NCBI GenBank assembly: GCA_051313645.2 | Contig: JBNRSN020000013.1 | Coordinates: forward strand, 94,054,001-94,118,000 | Source: Centroscyllium fabricii | Lineage: Eukaryota | DNA length: 64,000 nucleotides | Reading direction: 5' to 3' | Shown: positions 37,400 through 51,909 of the stretch, one piece after another | Position numbering within the stretch: the stretch's first letter is position 1 | How the letters are laid out: each line of letters opens with the position of its first letter | Program-made: the position numbers and the translations under genes | Notes under the pieces: generated by a model | Told to the model about the DNA's origin: nothing | Database searches by the model: none | Seen by the model: only the letters and a program-made list of their open reading frames with translations

Positions 37400-37660
37400 A
37401 TAGCCTGTCCCGACGACCAGACAAAAGAGTTTCAGTCGCCGAATACTGAGTTTACATCTAGCGGGATACTCGTGTCCCGGGGGAGTGAAGTGGTGACCAG
37501 CCAGCATATCTAGCCAGTTGTCCCATTAGAAAGTTGTGAATCAGGCCAACGACTTGCCTGGGTTATGTTGTGGAAACAGCCAAGAGCACGATCTACTGGA
37601 TATAAAGCAGGGGAAGCAATGGGTTGCCTCATGTGCCGTTAGGCACGGGTGAGAAGAAGG
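37400..37660 (+). mobile_element. Possible ancient RTE-clade LINE 3' end
   Basis: GC-richer island ending GCCTCATGTGCCGTTAGGCACGGGTGAGAAGAAG (ASCAVRHG*, then GAA repeats), resembling RTE C-termini and tails. Confidence 0.35.
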
Positions 37661-40600
37661 TGGTGTTTCAACAGTTTGGCTAAAATTTCAGTGGGAGCGA
37701 GAGGTGTGGAGGGCATTAATGGCCAAGTAAGATAAACACAATTAAATAGTTAAGGAATTGCAATATGCCCAATGTTTACTTAAACTTTAGTTGTCAATTC
37801 TGACTGCTGTTATTCTCCTGCCGTGCTAGTGCTGATGCATGCCAGATTTTCTTTTTAAAAAGTATACAGTCAGTGGCAGGTTCAGCCACTCTGAGGGGGG
37901 GAGATTAAAGCGAGTTACTCAATCATGAGTTAGAAATGAGGTATACAACAGCTCCTGTACCTAGGACAAATGGTGAAACCACCATTTAAGCAATTGAGGA
38001 AGAAAATGAAATAATCATACCAGGCGAGTAGATAAGTGTAACTTACAGGCATTTCCATTTAAAATTTGTAAGATGCTCAAGTAAATAGGTCACCAGACAA
38101 GGTATATCCCCCCCCACCGCCCCCCGCCTCGTAATTCCAGTAGCAAAAACAATCATTAAAGTCTTGCTGCACTGCTGACTCCACTGAATATGATGCAATT
38201 TCAAAACCCACCATTGCACAGGACATAACAATCCCTAGGGTAGTTAGTGCAGTCAGACTCTTGCAAGTCCCTAAACTTCTATTTGGGATATTAATAGCTG
38301 CTGATCAGACAGTATGATCATTTTAAACGTATCCCAACGTATTGATAATCAAAATATGGAGGAATACCAATTCACTGAGAGTATCAGATTTCTTTCCTCA
38401 GGTAATTAATCTCTACTACAGCTAAATTACTACTCTACCACAATTAGAATGGTCTATAATTAAGCCCACAATAAAACAAAACCTACTCATTAACCAGTAA
38501 TTTCTGCTGCAGATCAAGACTGTGACACTATCCCAAATGCACCAGAACTTACACAAAAGTAACTAACTGTATGATTGTCCTATGGTAGATGTGATGCTTT
38601 TACAACTTACATGGAGGCTTTTATATCAGATATTTGAATAAGGTTGCTATAAAGATCACACAAAGTTAACTATATAAATCTGTCTGGTATTCATAGCAAT
38701 CATGGGAATAAATCTGACATAGAATTTCATTTTCTTCCTCAGAATTCCTTCATTTATTAATTTACTATACAACCTGATCCACACTTTTGTTCCAAGTGCT
38801 CTTCTTGTATAACTGAAATGGATGCATCAAGACTTTCTTTTTACATCATTCTCCAAGACTAAACTAGCCACTAAAATGAGAATCAATTCTACCTTCATAA
38901 CCCACTAGGGCTCGTCTGTTAGTAAAATTTTCATTTTTTGTCTACATGAAACTCAAGGTAAGCAACCTTCTGTACTTTCAGTATCCACCAAATTGGTTTT
39001 CCTGCCTTTCCTTATCAATTCAAAGCAAGGACTTTAATACCATTAATGAAGCTGTGTGTATCTACCAATTAAAAGCTAACAAATTTATTTTGCTTTCTTT
39101 GAGACTTTCTAGGTGAAAACAGGAAGGGAAGAAGAGTAACAACAGGTTTAAAGGCACCACCTCTGAACTGCATTCACCACAGAATCAGGTGTATAACTCT
39201 CGCCTATATATAAATCACTAGTTTTATGCGTATTATGCATATCAACAGTTGAAAAGTTGATTAATTATAAACTGCTACCCTATATAATTGAGGGGAGGAC
39301 TTAAATATAGGCATGAAATAGTGACATATGGATCAGATCTTACTGCACAAGGAAACACAGAAAATGAGTAACTGGTTAACCCACAGTAAAAGGAAAACTG
39401 TAATTACAGAATTATTGTAGCGTTTCAGGCCTCAAGAGTCAAGCATTTTTAAACCACAATGTCACCATGCTTCTCTGTACTTAGTAGTTTATAAGTAAAT
39501 ACAGGGGCATATCAAAGAAAGCATAATAAAGCTAAAATAGTCAGACATCACTTGCTTCCTTATATCCGAGTCGGCTGCAACGCTTTCATTGGGCACTTCA
39601 TACGAATACAGTATCGAGAGCCAGGCAACAATTTTAATACTGCACCAGGGATGAGCAAAAGTTTTGGAACATTTCAAATTTCTTTTTGAAAGGGAGGGGG
39701 GGGGGCGGGAGAGAGCCAGAAAAAGGAAAATTGCAATACAGATTGTCTGGGAGCTGTAGCAGGTGAATACTGAACTCTCAAAGGGGTAATTTGTGAATCC
39801 TTATCTCAAATGATATTCAAACACACAAAGGTCATAAACAGAAAATATCACCAATGCACAGATTCAGTTAGGTGGAAGGGATAAAAAGTATGCGTTTTCA
39901 AAATTACAAATTAATTTGTAGTAATAATGAATGGCTAAATAAATAGAAAACAGGTGAAGCATTTGGGAAACACAGGAATACTGAAATAATCATCCAGACA
40001 CCATGTGATCTGCTCTTGCAACTACAGAATGCAAACCAGCAACAATAGTAGTTTTTGATTTAATTCCCCCCCCCAATTAATTTGACCCAGCACTTGGATG
40101 CCAACAGGAACCAGACTACCAGAACAGAGTGCTCGTCAGCAGTGTAAAACACTGGCAAAACTAATCCAGCCCAACAAAAAATGTTTGTATCCCTCAATCC
40201 CAAAATGATGAATAAAAGGGAGGATAAAAAGGGTGATTAACCAGATATAGGAAAATAGTAACACTACTTGAAAGTGGAAATATTTTTACTAGTGAAAAAA
40301 CTAGAGGACAAAAAGCTGCCTGCTGACAATAAACATTCCCGGACAGGGTTTGTGAACTCCAAACTTTTTGTTCATCCCTATATTACAGAATGTTATGACT
40401 AAGTGATTTGGTAAGTATTACTTTAACATGGACAGGCTAAAATCATGGCAAAGATAACTGGCTGTTTTAGGAAACCAGACTCAATTACTTTGTTTGGTGG
40501 GACAAGTTAAATTACCAAATATCTTGACACAGCAATTTTAGTCTGGAGTATTATAATGCTCAACCTTGGTATCACCTTAAATTTCAAATACAAATGCACA

Positions 40601-42729
40601 GCGAACATCAACACTGACCAATATTCATAGACTAGCATCAATACTAGACTATTGCTGTATGTAATGGCACTAGAATGACATTAGTTATACAGGGCTCACA
40701 AGTGTAGTTCTTCAGCGACACCACTGCAGCCCTCTCTTAGAATTTTAATTGCCCACAATAATGTCCAGTTTTGCAATAACTTTGGATAATATTGATATTA
40801 AACCTACACTAAGGAAGATATGCCAAACAGGCAGGCAAACCTTGGCAGCCATCTATTTTTGGAGGGTAGCATTTTAGCTGAATTAGTGATAATATTTAAG
40901 GGTGTGCAATATAATGCATTTATTAATATTGTTTTCAGGCTGCTAAAATGTAAACTGCAATACTTAAAATATAAATAGTTATAAAATTTAAATAGTATTT
41001 TTTTCAAAAAGCAAACCAGATTTAAATGTCAGCCATTTCAAAATGTAATCAATTAGTCATTTTTCACAGCTAGATGAGTTATATTGCATGAAACTTGAAA
41101 GGAAACTGACAAAGGCAGGAAAATACACAATTGACAAGTTAATTTAACACATAAATCATGTAGCTGAAACATAGCCCAAAATGTACATACAAGAGGTTAG
41201 ATGGACAAAGTTGCCACCTAAGTCACTTGGTCACCTAAGTCAGTTATATCGACTTTCTCCAACTCATCCTCATGACACATAAAGAACATTATTGCACACC
41301 CCTAATATTGGAGTAGAACTTTATCTTGGCAAAGTCAAATCATGCCACTGATGATTCCATAGCAACCTTTGAATCCAAGTATCAGATTTAAAATTACTCC
41401 TGAATCCATCTGTATGACACAATCTAGTCTGATACCTTGAAATTACTACCAAATTGCTGCAACTTCTCATTCCACCAACTGGATGCACAAATGAGAGCTA
41501 GGATAGTCAAAGTGTTAAGCATCTGTTACTCTAAAGCACAAACCAAATGCCTGGAGACAACCATAGCCACTTATCAACACAACTGTTCTTTGATCAGTCA
41601 AGCAGGTGCAAGGAGCAGATATATTTTTGGTCTAGACTGAATTGTTTAGCATTGCTATCATCAACAATAACAATAATACAAAGTTAGAAACTTACTCAAC
41701 TATTAGTGTGACAGACACTACATTCAATTTACAACACAGATAAAACATGTTCACTTTTTCCTTTTTTATTTTGGGAAACACGTTTTCTGTAGTGGAACCC
41801 TCTCCCATCCCCTGACATTGTTGAACTAACCCCTTTCTAACAAAAGCCCAGTGGAAAATTAATGGTATGGTGCTGCTTAAAAATGTAGAATACAAACTTT
41901 AACTAGTTTAAAAAGTGAGATGAGGCATGCTAAAACTTAGGCCACATATTAATTGAGTTGCAAAAGAAGGCGTTTGCTTTGGCAAATAGAATCACAAAGT
42001 AATTGATTTCTTTCTTTAGTTGTCAAGATCACCTTTTAAAGAGAGAAACTAAATCCATAAACATTTTTTCTTTTTTAAAGTACAGCCTATCACCCAAAAA
42101 TCAGTATCTACATTCTAAATCTACAATCATATCCACCAGGAATAGTTTTTGCATTTGCAAAGCAAACCTGTAATTGCTAAGCAATGCTGAGGTATTTATT
42201 TTTCCATGGAAAGATTGCAATGATGGAAAACTTTGCTCATGTTTTACTTATAGGGTGCGTGATGTCTCATTTCCCAATGAAAATGTTTGCACAAATAGCT
42301 TAAAGCCATCTTTTTATTTATTTAAAGAATTTAAGGTCATAACATAGTGGGTAATATTAGTAAAGTGTTATGATGGGATTTCCCCCACCCTGCCTCCCCG
42401 CAATTTAGTTCACGTAAAATGGGGCAAATGCAACATTATGTGATTTTATTTCTTGGTCTTGCTATTAGTTACACATGAACCACTCAATGCCATACAGCTT
42501 TCAGAAAGGATGATGATGAGGTGTAAGCACATGACAGCTCCATAAACCTCTAAAGTAAGCACAATTGTAATGGGGCAAGTAGAATATCAGTTTCCTCCTT
42601 TCAGCCCAAAAATGGAGTACCCTGAAATGGTGCTTACCCTATCCTACCATGATAATCAGATCAATGACAATCAGCAACTTATTACTCCAGCAGCAGGACT
42701 ACACACCATGTAAAGACATTACTGCTGCT

Positions 42730-43005
42730 GGAGGACACAGATTTAAGATAACTGACAAAAGAAGCAGAGGAGAGATGAAAAGGATTTTTTTACACAGCGA
42801 GTTATGATCTGGAATGTAATGTCTGAAAAGGTGGTGGAAACAGATTTAATGGTAGCTTTTAGAAGGGAATGTGATATATATGGAAACATTTGCAGGGTTA
42901 TGGGGAAAGAGCAGGGAGTGGGACCAACTGGACAGCTCTTTCAAAGAGCCAGCACAGGCACGATGGGCCAAATAGCCTCCGTCTGTGCTGTAAGATTCTA
43001 TGAAT
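42730..43005 (+). mobile_element. Old CR1 3' end fragment
   Basis: TTTTTTACACAGCGAGTTATGATCTGGAATG...GGGAAAGAGCAGGGAGTGGGAC...GATGGGCCAAATAGCCTCC. Confidence 0.8.
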
Positions 43006-46000
43006 TCCATGGAGAATTGTAGAAGGACAATTCCTACATTTTGTGCTTGGGAGACAACCTGATCAAATCAACTGATTTTTATAATAAAACAAGTTATGTC
43101 TGCAGCAAGGGACGGATTTTATTCAAAGCTTTAATCAACTGGTTCAATAGTGTTGCCATATTTGAAGAAGCAGATATTGCCACAAGTAGCGAATTGAACC
43201 CTCAACAAAGAGTTGTGCTGTCAGTTTTACAATCAATTTAAATTTGATGTTTTGTTTCGTGGGGGGGGCAGGGAAGAGAGGAGAAAAATGGAGATTATAC
43301 ACTACAGATAGATATTATAAATCTGTATCAATTAAGTTCCCATTTTGATTATTAAGAGTTAATGAACCATAAACAAACTGTAACTACAATATAGGTGCCT
43401 TCAATGAAGTCAATTTCTAAAAACTGGATACGGTACATCTCTTGGAGGACCACTATAACAGCTTTGACCTGGTTGATGGTGTCTGTCCTGATTGCTTGTG
43501 GCAAATTCTGTACTAAAAACTTTAACTCCGTCTCTGACACACATTGGTCATATACCCAAGTAAGAGTATATACAGATAGGGGGCAAAAAGTAAAATAAGT
43601 GTGCACTTCAGTTGTCAAACAATGCAAAAATTCTGATTTCATTCTAAAGATACGTCAGAACAAGGGCACATCAATAGTAAACTAAAATAAATGTTGGGAG
43701 TCTTTTAGGAAATGATTAGCGATTAGCTGATCAAGCTGTGAAAAATGTGATCATGCTCTTGTATTAGAACTGGGCAAAAAATGTTCACCATGGAAGCAGG
43801 ACTCAATCTAATGCTTAAACTGAGATGAGGTATACCATTTATGCTTAATGTACATCTAAATTATTTGGCTTTGTCCAGTGTACATATACACACACCTTAA
43901 AATCTAGTTTTCAAGTCAAGCCTTTGAAGGCCACAGTCAAAAGCTTGTTATTTAAAGGTTAGGAACAGGATAGACATGCATTACAAATATGCTAAATGTA
44001 TGCACATACTGCATTACATTTTTTGTGCTTAAAATTCTGAGATTCAAGCATTTATGCAACATATAAAGCACGACCAGAAATAAAATCATATAGCCCAGGG
44101 ATATGGGAAATAGATCAGATCGATATGAAGAGTCACACTTAGCCTGGTTTATTTTAGAAACCAACTTTTTTATGCATAGTCAATGAAAATATACATATTG
44201 CGCTAACAGAGGGCCACGTTTCAGACTGAAGCCAAGAACTGTATTAAAACTGCCTATAGGCTTTACAGCCCTCAACAGCCTGAGGAGGAGGAATATTTGA
44301 ACCCATGTCTCAAAAGGCAACAAGGCAGCATTTGAATTTGGTAATGCTATTGAAATGCCTCCATTAGAACATTTTTGCTACCTTGTTAAGGGATTTTACA
44401 TATTTAGATTTGAAATTTAATCCGCTACCATTCAAAACTTTTAAAACAAAAAGATCTAAAAAAAAAGCTTTTGCTGCAAAAAAAATTGTATGACCACTTA
44501 AAATACTAAGATTAAGCCAACATTTTGGAAATTTCTTTAAAACATAAGAGATTAGGAGAGTTCAGAAACATGGGTAAAGTATTCTTCATGGAGAAAATTG
44601 ATGGTTAATTATCAGTAAGTGCACTTCCAGATTTCCACATTTCAAAAATGAATTTATGGTTTAACGTCAATATTATCCCATCTTAATTAGCAACTTCCAT
44701 TTGACAAGCTAAATTAAACTGAAAAAAGTCAAATTCTATTCAAGTGGATTGATTTTAAGCTTTGGAAAGATGGCAAAATGGGACAATCGCATAAATGGTA
44801 ATTTTAATCAATTAAGAGCATGGATTGTAATCACAACAGCTTTGAATTACTTTCTGCTCCCAATTAAAATTACTCATTTTAACTGTGAAACTCTGTATTC
44901 CCTATATACCATTCAATTTCAAAAACTTGCTAACACAACCCATCCTATAGACACACCTCAATGTCACATAAGCCATCAGAGTCTGTGATGCTGGTGCAAA
45001 TGACACTACCCAGCTCCAATCTGTACAAGAGCAAAAAATAATCCCGAATGAAAATCATAGTTTTGATCGCTTAATCCTCAAACTACCACATTCCACAAAT
45101 TAAGTAGGATTCTCTGTGCAACAGATAGCAAAATATTAACCCATTAAGGAGGAGTACAAAATTAAGAGTTTTCTCCAGCTTATTTCCAGTTGTCTTATTC
45201 AGAGACATGACAAAGATTTAAAACTAGCCCAGTTGGGTTCAAAACTTAAATACAAACTGAGGGCTGAGGTCAGCTGCAATGTGTTATTGAAAAAATGTCT
45301 ATGGGCGAATTTCCTCAACTTCTGTTTCACTACCTCTCGTCAACAACTACCATTCAGTTTTGTTTTGCACTTAAAACCAAAATAGCCATCTTAGATACAC
45401 TTCTAAGCTTATTATCTTCTTGCTGCTTTTTAGAATATTTGCTATTTATGGAGCAAATGACTTAAATGGAAAAATCAGGTGCAACAAAGGTTTCTCAGAA
45501 ACTAAAAGCCTTCAGTCCTCCAAAGGGTTAACAATAAACTAATGAACCAGTTTTGTCCTTTAATTCAAATCTACTTAACATAAACAACATACAATGAAAG
45601 CTATCCCCAAAATACACTGACTTCAGTTGTACCAACATGGGCTGAATATTGAAACTCACCTGGTGAATTTATTTTCTATGTCATATGCACCATTCCCTAA
45701 ATGAACAGCTAGTTGGGCAATCTGTCTTGAGCCATGCTACCTGGCAGGTCTGAAATGTGCGAGTAAGCACTGGTCAACTCCAGGAAAGCACCTCACCATT
45801 ATTCGAACACCCAGCTAGCATTAGATACTCATGGGGGAAATCTTTCCACTGCATGGCACATTGAATTTGTGAACCAACACAATTTAGCATTAAGCTCAGA
45901 ATCAATTTATTACTGAAACGGATGTGACTGTAGACAGCTGGTCTTTAGATAGCTTTCACTGCATAGTTTGTACTTTTGATGCACCATTAATTCTTTCCAT

Positions 46001-48462
46001 GCACAAGATACTATGCACCTTCTTGTATTTTGGGTGTCATTACAACATAGTGCAATGAGAGACAACAGTAATGAGGGAAGATGTTTCATGAAGCTGACTT
46101 GGGTGGGTGATAGAATCACAGAAAGATTTGGAGAAATTGTAAATCTGCTCCAGGAGGACTAAAGGATTTCAGTTTACATTTGTACATGGGGTCCAAACAT
46201 TTCCAACTGATCCAAAGCCCAGAATCTACTATTAGGACAGTAACAATATTCCTTTAAAATTTGATTGACTATCCAGTGAAAATAGTACAAGAAGGATCCA
46301 AGTACTGCAGCAGTACAATCCTGAAAACACCAGTACAATTTGTCACAGGATCTATTCTGTACATTTAGACACTCTTAGGACTTGTATACCTTGAAATAAT
46401 GTTTTCAACCTTTGTAATATCACGAACACCAGTCTACATTTAGCCATCCAGTAAATTTGAATTGCCCAATGAAAACTGGTTGCACCAGACTCTTGACAAA
46501 ATGGTTACTACTCTGCAACAATGTAAAGTCCATGTTTGAAGATTCCTTTACCTGAAACGACATTAAAAAGTAGAAAATAGTAACTGTTTACCTTTTATGA
46601 ACAGTAGCAACTAAATTACTGATGCCTATTAACTGCACTCATGCAAACAATGTCATTGGTACAGCAGCTAGGTAAAACTGACTTTGGTTCAAGCTTTAAT
46701 AGCTGTCCATATTTGGTAGGCAGCTATATTCATTGTTTGCAGTATGGTAGTGTAACCCTACCAATACTGCAATTTTTATGTCTTGAAAAGGAGATAAATA
46801 TTGTTACTAACAGGGTTAAAAATGGTGGCTGTCATTTTTTATTTAAAGATTAAGAAACTGGTCTAGCTGCATCCAGTTATTGTTACCAGCACAAAAACAG
46901 CACTAACCACGTAAATTCCAATGACAAAATTAGTTGAAGTACCTAATTGGTTTAAGTAAATGTACACACTGTCTCAGTGCAGCATTATGGGTGAACAACA
47001 TAATCAGCAACAGAGCACAGGGATGTCCAGATGAACACTCACTTGATTCAAGCATATTATTTATTGAAGAATCAGTTATATGTTTATCAGGAAAAATTAT
47101 GTGCTTCTAGACTGAAGAAAATTATACCCCACATTCATTTCCAGTGGGCAACTCGGCACAAAGTCCATATGTAACGGGTAACTAAATGTGCTGTTGTTCA
47201 TTAACCAATTGGACACAATAGGCAGCATGGCCACAGTAATCATCTAGTTTGTAATGCAATCCCTGCCCTTCACTTCCACAAGCACACTGACAGAAAATGA
47301 CAGGCACCATTTTTACCCCATGTGAACGGCAATGCTCTACTCCAGTCCTTTAATTTTTGGTTTTAATACGCTTACAGCAATGGTTCAAGCCATACTGTGC
47401 ATACTGTAAGCCTCTTGTCTCAAAACAACCCTATTTTCCATTAGATAAACAAACTCCAAACTGAGCCAACATTAAATATGTTACCAAGCTCTACAGGAAT
47501 CATACATTACTTAGTTTCTATAAATAAATCAGTTTCTGGAAACTAGGTAATGACTTTTCCCCATTGGAGACCACTTTTCCTGGTTAGCTTGGTTTGGATT
47601 GCAGTTTGCTCATCTCTACCATATTCCATGATGGTTCCAACTGGCTCCAGTATCTGAGCAAAGACAAAAGCTTCACAAGATTCCCATGATCCGCCGGCTA
47701 GAACGTCTCCTCCATTTCCAGTTGTTCAGCCAAGTGGATCAATATCTCTGATGGTATGACATTTGCTAACATACCCAACCATTACATTTAGGTAGGACAG
47801 ACATACTAAACCATTTTAAAAACAAAGAATGTTTTTAAAACCACCAGTTTGTGAACTTTTGTCTCAATGCATCTATCTTTGAATCTTTCCTACAAAAATA
47901 ACCAACAGTAAACCACTTTATACAAATGGTGCATAAATCTACAGTGTACCCGACAAGAAACAACCTTTAAAGAAAGGAAACCATTTCAAGAGACATTAGC
48001 AAGAAGAAAAAAATAAAAACCCAATGTAATTTTCTTAACGGTATACACAAGGAAAAAAAAGATGCACAAGCATCCCAAGTACAGGCCTGCCTAAACTGTA
48101 CCAGTTAAAGAAACCCATGCTATTTATACATGATATAAACACCTTTATGAAACAAAAAGGCCTGTACAACAGACCTAATTAAAATAAACACACAATTAAA
48201 AAGAACTAATAAAATAGATACTAAGAGGAGACAGAACCCTTGCCTATGCATTGTTAATGACTCCTATATTGTTACGACCGTCTGAAACGATAAATATTCA
48301 CGTGTTTCCTTTTTGGTAAAAGTCTTTTTTTGTCATTTGTGACACAATCCTGAAAAACAAGCACGTTAAAAAAATTAGGCAAACATCAGTTTTGCTTTTG
48401 CTGGAAGCAGCCACCTACACATCCCATTTCTGGATTAAATGATCCACTCAAGGGATTACGTC

Positions 48463-48761
48463 TCATTGGGCCTTGGTGGTGTTGGTGGCCCCGCCTGCTG
48501 AGGTCACAGTGAACGAAGAGTTCTGGCTGGAATCAGCTGACATAGAGGCCATCTGGAGACTGGCGGCATGTCCAGTTGCCCCGGCAGCGGATATCAGGCT
48601 TACGGCTGGGTTGCTGGTGAGTAAGGAGAGGTTTTGTGGGTTCAAAAAAAGAGGGGCTGTAACGATGTTTGGAGTACCCCCATGGTTCGCTGCATTGGCA
48701 AACAATAGATTTCCACTGGCATCAAGGGAGGTTATAGGAAGTGTTCCACCAGATGCAAGCG
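48463..48761 (-). CDS. POU2F1: Oct-1 terminal coding exon: [52 protein letters not shown]...TTKAQ*
   Basis: TTTTCTCTAATTCTCAG acceptor, phase 1, 299 nt to TGA. Near-identical to the known OCT1 C-terminus ([21 protein letters not shown], ending KAQ). Confidence 0.96.
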
Positions 48762-50189
48762 CTGAGAATTAGAGAAAAGAACCCAGATTAGAACAAAAAA
48801 TTGCCTCGCAGAGTTATTATCATTTGTATATCGAAAAGGGAAATAGAATGGAAAATAGTACTCTAATGCTTAGCAGACATACACATCAAGAATATTGCTA
48901 AAATTGTATAAGCAACATAAAAATGCATTATTAGATTGTTGTATGTGTATGCGAAGGTGATGAAGTGAACATAAAATGTTACGAATTTTAAGTTCTATTC
49001 ATCCAAATTTTTCCAACTTCATCTAGCATAAAGAAAAAAAGAGTAAATTCCAGAATCATAAAATATTAGTATGTGTCAGTTAATTTTATGCTTAAAGGAA
49101 ATATTCACTCAGGTACATATTAATTTCTCATATTCAAAGTTGGTTTAATTGACTGTTCAATGTGGGGCTATCACTTTTGTGTGTAATTCTTGACCAGTAC
49201 CAATCCATTACTGAAACAGGTACAAGTACTTTAATGAAAGCAATAAAGATTTTAATAAAATCCATTTGTGGTAAAAAGTGCTCCAAGCTTCTGCTTAAAA
49301 AAAAGTGGCTCAAAAAAAGTTCTACACGTGTATCAATTTCTTTTGTCTGCTATTTTAGCCGAGGCTTAACCCAGGTTAAAATAGTAGGCAAAGGAATTTC
49401 CTATTTCATATGAACATGTTTGACTTTTGCACACTCTTATTGTTTACAGTTTGATGTGCCTCATGCTGCTTAATTTTAGAAATCAAGACATGTTACTTTA
49501 ATGTTCTGGTATCCTGAATCTCCTTCCAACAGATGATTTGTTTATATCCAATGTTTCTATATGAGAACTGCAGATGTTTACAGCATAATCTATTTTTTTA
49601 TATATTTTAAAAAAAGACAACTAAAGCCTTTTTTGACATGGTAAACCCCAAAAAGATCTTTTTCTAACAGAGAAGAGCCTCTTACATGGACAAACAAGAG
49701 ATCATTAGACTACTTATGAATGATTTTCTTTTAAGGGTAATGCCTCAAGTAATTCTTCCGATGGGAAGATGGCTGACATGCTTTTGTGTGTGGAGGCTAA
49801 AGAAAAGCAGAACATACAATTTCAGGTGGTGTGGTTCAATAGAATGTTCAAACACTATTATGCAGCATCATAAATTGACAGGTTACAAAATGCACATCAC
49901 AATACAACAGGTAGGAGAACTGCTCCCTGAACACCCTGGGCAGATATGGCCTCCTGCTGAGAGCCCTTCTCCCACTCCTACCTCTTCCAGAATCTTGTCC
50001 TGCTCTGTGTGCCCTCTGCTCATTCTCCAAGTCATGCTGTATTCCAATGGGAAATTATACTAGGGCACCAATGTCTGACAGAAAGTGGTTTGTGCAGTAG
50101 CCTTGATCTCAGGAAAAAGTCCTTCACCACCTGCCACACAACTCCCTGTAGACTGTAGAGAAATTCAAGGGAATCAGGATGGCTCTCCT

Positions 50190-50445
50190 AATGTCTCTTA
50201 TCTCCCCCGCCTTCTAGCCTGTCGTTGATCTTTCCTTTGTTCTTTCAGCCTCCCTGTCCCCCTTTCCCCAGCCCCATCTAGCTTTAAAATCTATCTCCCC
50301 TCCCGGTTTCTCCAGTTCTGAAGGTCATCGACGTGAAACGTTAACTCGCTTTCTCTCTCCACCGATGCTGCCTGGCCTGCTGAGTTTCTCCAGCGTTTTC
50401 TGTTGTTATTTCGGATTTCCAGCATCCGCAGTATTTTGCTATTGC
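50190..50445 (+). mobile_element. Penelope-derived short element with degenerate hammerhead core
   Basis: CAGTTCTGA-AGGTCATCGACGT-GAAACGTTAACT and the same 3' text as 2596-2815 and 3501-3732. Confidence 0.7.
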
Positions 50446-50752
50446 AATGTCATGATCTGCCTGCTCTGCATACTTCTGGTGAACTTTCACTGTGCGCGTG
50501 CCAATGCCCTCAACAATATGGCTTCTGGCGCAATTCACCCCACAAGTGTGCGCGTGCACTGCAGACGCCATTTTGGACCATTAAGAGAACTCGTAGCGCC
50601 CAAATATTGGGTACTACGGATCCAAATTTTGCATCCATTGAGTAGGTCATTCTTCAACTTGAAAAGCACTGATTTTACAATAGGGTAGCCCGCATTCTAC
50701 AGAAAAATAGTCTAGTCTGATACAGGGTATAGCGGATACCCAGGTTACTGAC

Positions 50753-50841
50753 CTTGAATAGTTGCCAGTGTGCTATTACTCATTAATGCTGGACCGAGAG
50801 CACCACCAAGACTCCCTGGATTCAGACTTAGTAAGGCACCT
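50753..50841 (-). CDS. POU2F1: Oct-1 penultimate exon: [29 protein letters not shown]
   Basis: TTTTTCATTTTTACAG acceptor, AAG|GTCAGT donor, 89 nt, phase 2/1, compatible with both neighbouring exons. Matches OCT1 [29 protein letters not shown]. Confidence 0.96.
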
Positions 50842-51909
50842 CTGTAAAAATGAAAAACAAGTTGATTTTGTGTTTACATACAGAGCATATATTTTTCAGG
50901 AAAGTATTTATGCTCCCTAAACTGCGTAATATTAAAACGTACATCACAATATAACAGAAATTATGATTTTTTGGGGGGTTGGGCTTGGGAGGAAAGAAGG
51001 AAGTCCATTGAACAGTTTAACAGCTTACGACAAGACAACTAATCTACTGACCACTTCCAATACAGTTATGACTCTCCTATTTGCTCTGCACTCACTACCT
51101 AAATGATGGTAATACATTTTATATTAAAAAAATTAAATAGGATTGTGCACCAAGTTCAGATCAGCGCTCTTGGATTAGTATGTGAGAATTCATGTGAACA
51201 TCATCTCTCCAATAATTTGCATTTGTGACCTCCCCACTCCTGACCAGCTTTCTTGGCTTCCTTCCAGAAGTTACAGGGCACTTTCAAAAATCTAACCACA
51301 TCACTGAATAAACCTAACTATGCAGGTGCCAACAGTTGAAAAATTACAGAAATCAGAGATACACTGGTCATTGCCCCAGACACATTTAGAAACTTGACAG
51401 CCGGAAGGTGATGGCGCCAGTTCACTTCAAGAATGATGAGGTTTCACCTTTGATGAATTGCCTCAAATATTGCCAGCATTCCCTGAAACACCAACTATAC
51501 AAGTTGAGGAAACAGTTTGCTCTCATGTTACTATTACATAACTCTATTGACTGAGAAGGCCCCCAATAAATGCAACTCTATTTAAAAAAAGGTCAGCGGC
51601 ATGTTCAGGAGTCAAATCTGAACTACCTTGGAAACAATATTAGAAAAATCTCTGGAGCTTATTTTAGTGAAGCATCCAACAAGAACACAAGTTTTAAATC
51701 AAATATGAATTTTATAGATGGGTGATCCATTGGAAATTTATTGGGAGCATGAGTTTGCATGTAGATACGATTACAAAAAAATTGACAAGGCTGATCACGA
51801 AGGAATACGGCAAATATCAGATGGTAGTGGGGAACAGAGGAATATCAAATTGGACGAAGAATTGATTTAAAGCCAGGGGCGGGGGGTGGGGGGGGGCGGT
51901 TGTAAATTT

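Larger units (their letters stand above)
35770..48462 (-). other. POU2F1: Putative very long POU2F1 3' UTR (~12.7 kb, possibly extending to ~30.3 kb)
   Basis: Follows the stop codon. AT-rich, U-rich on the minus strand, nearly free of transposons. Mammalian POU2F1 is known to have a 3' UTR over 10 kb. Confidence 0.6.

Noticed and set aside
27600-48400. Numerous 60-106 aa ORFs in the repeat-poor region
   Set aside because: No recognisable domains; consistent with random ORFs in AT-rich UTR sequence.
48473-48772. + strand ORF (and likewise 56441-56827)
   Set aside because: Antisense shadows of the POU2F1 exons; no independent coding signal.
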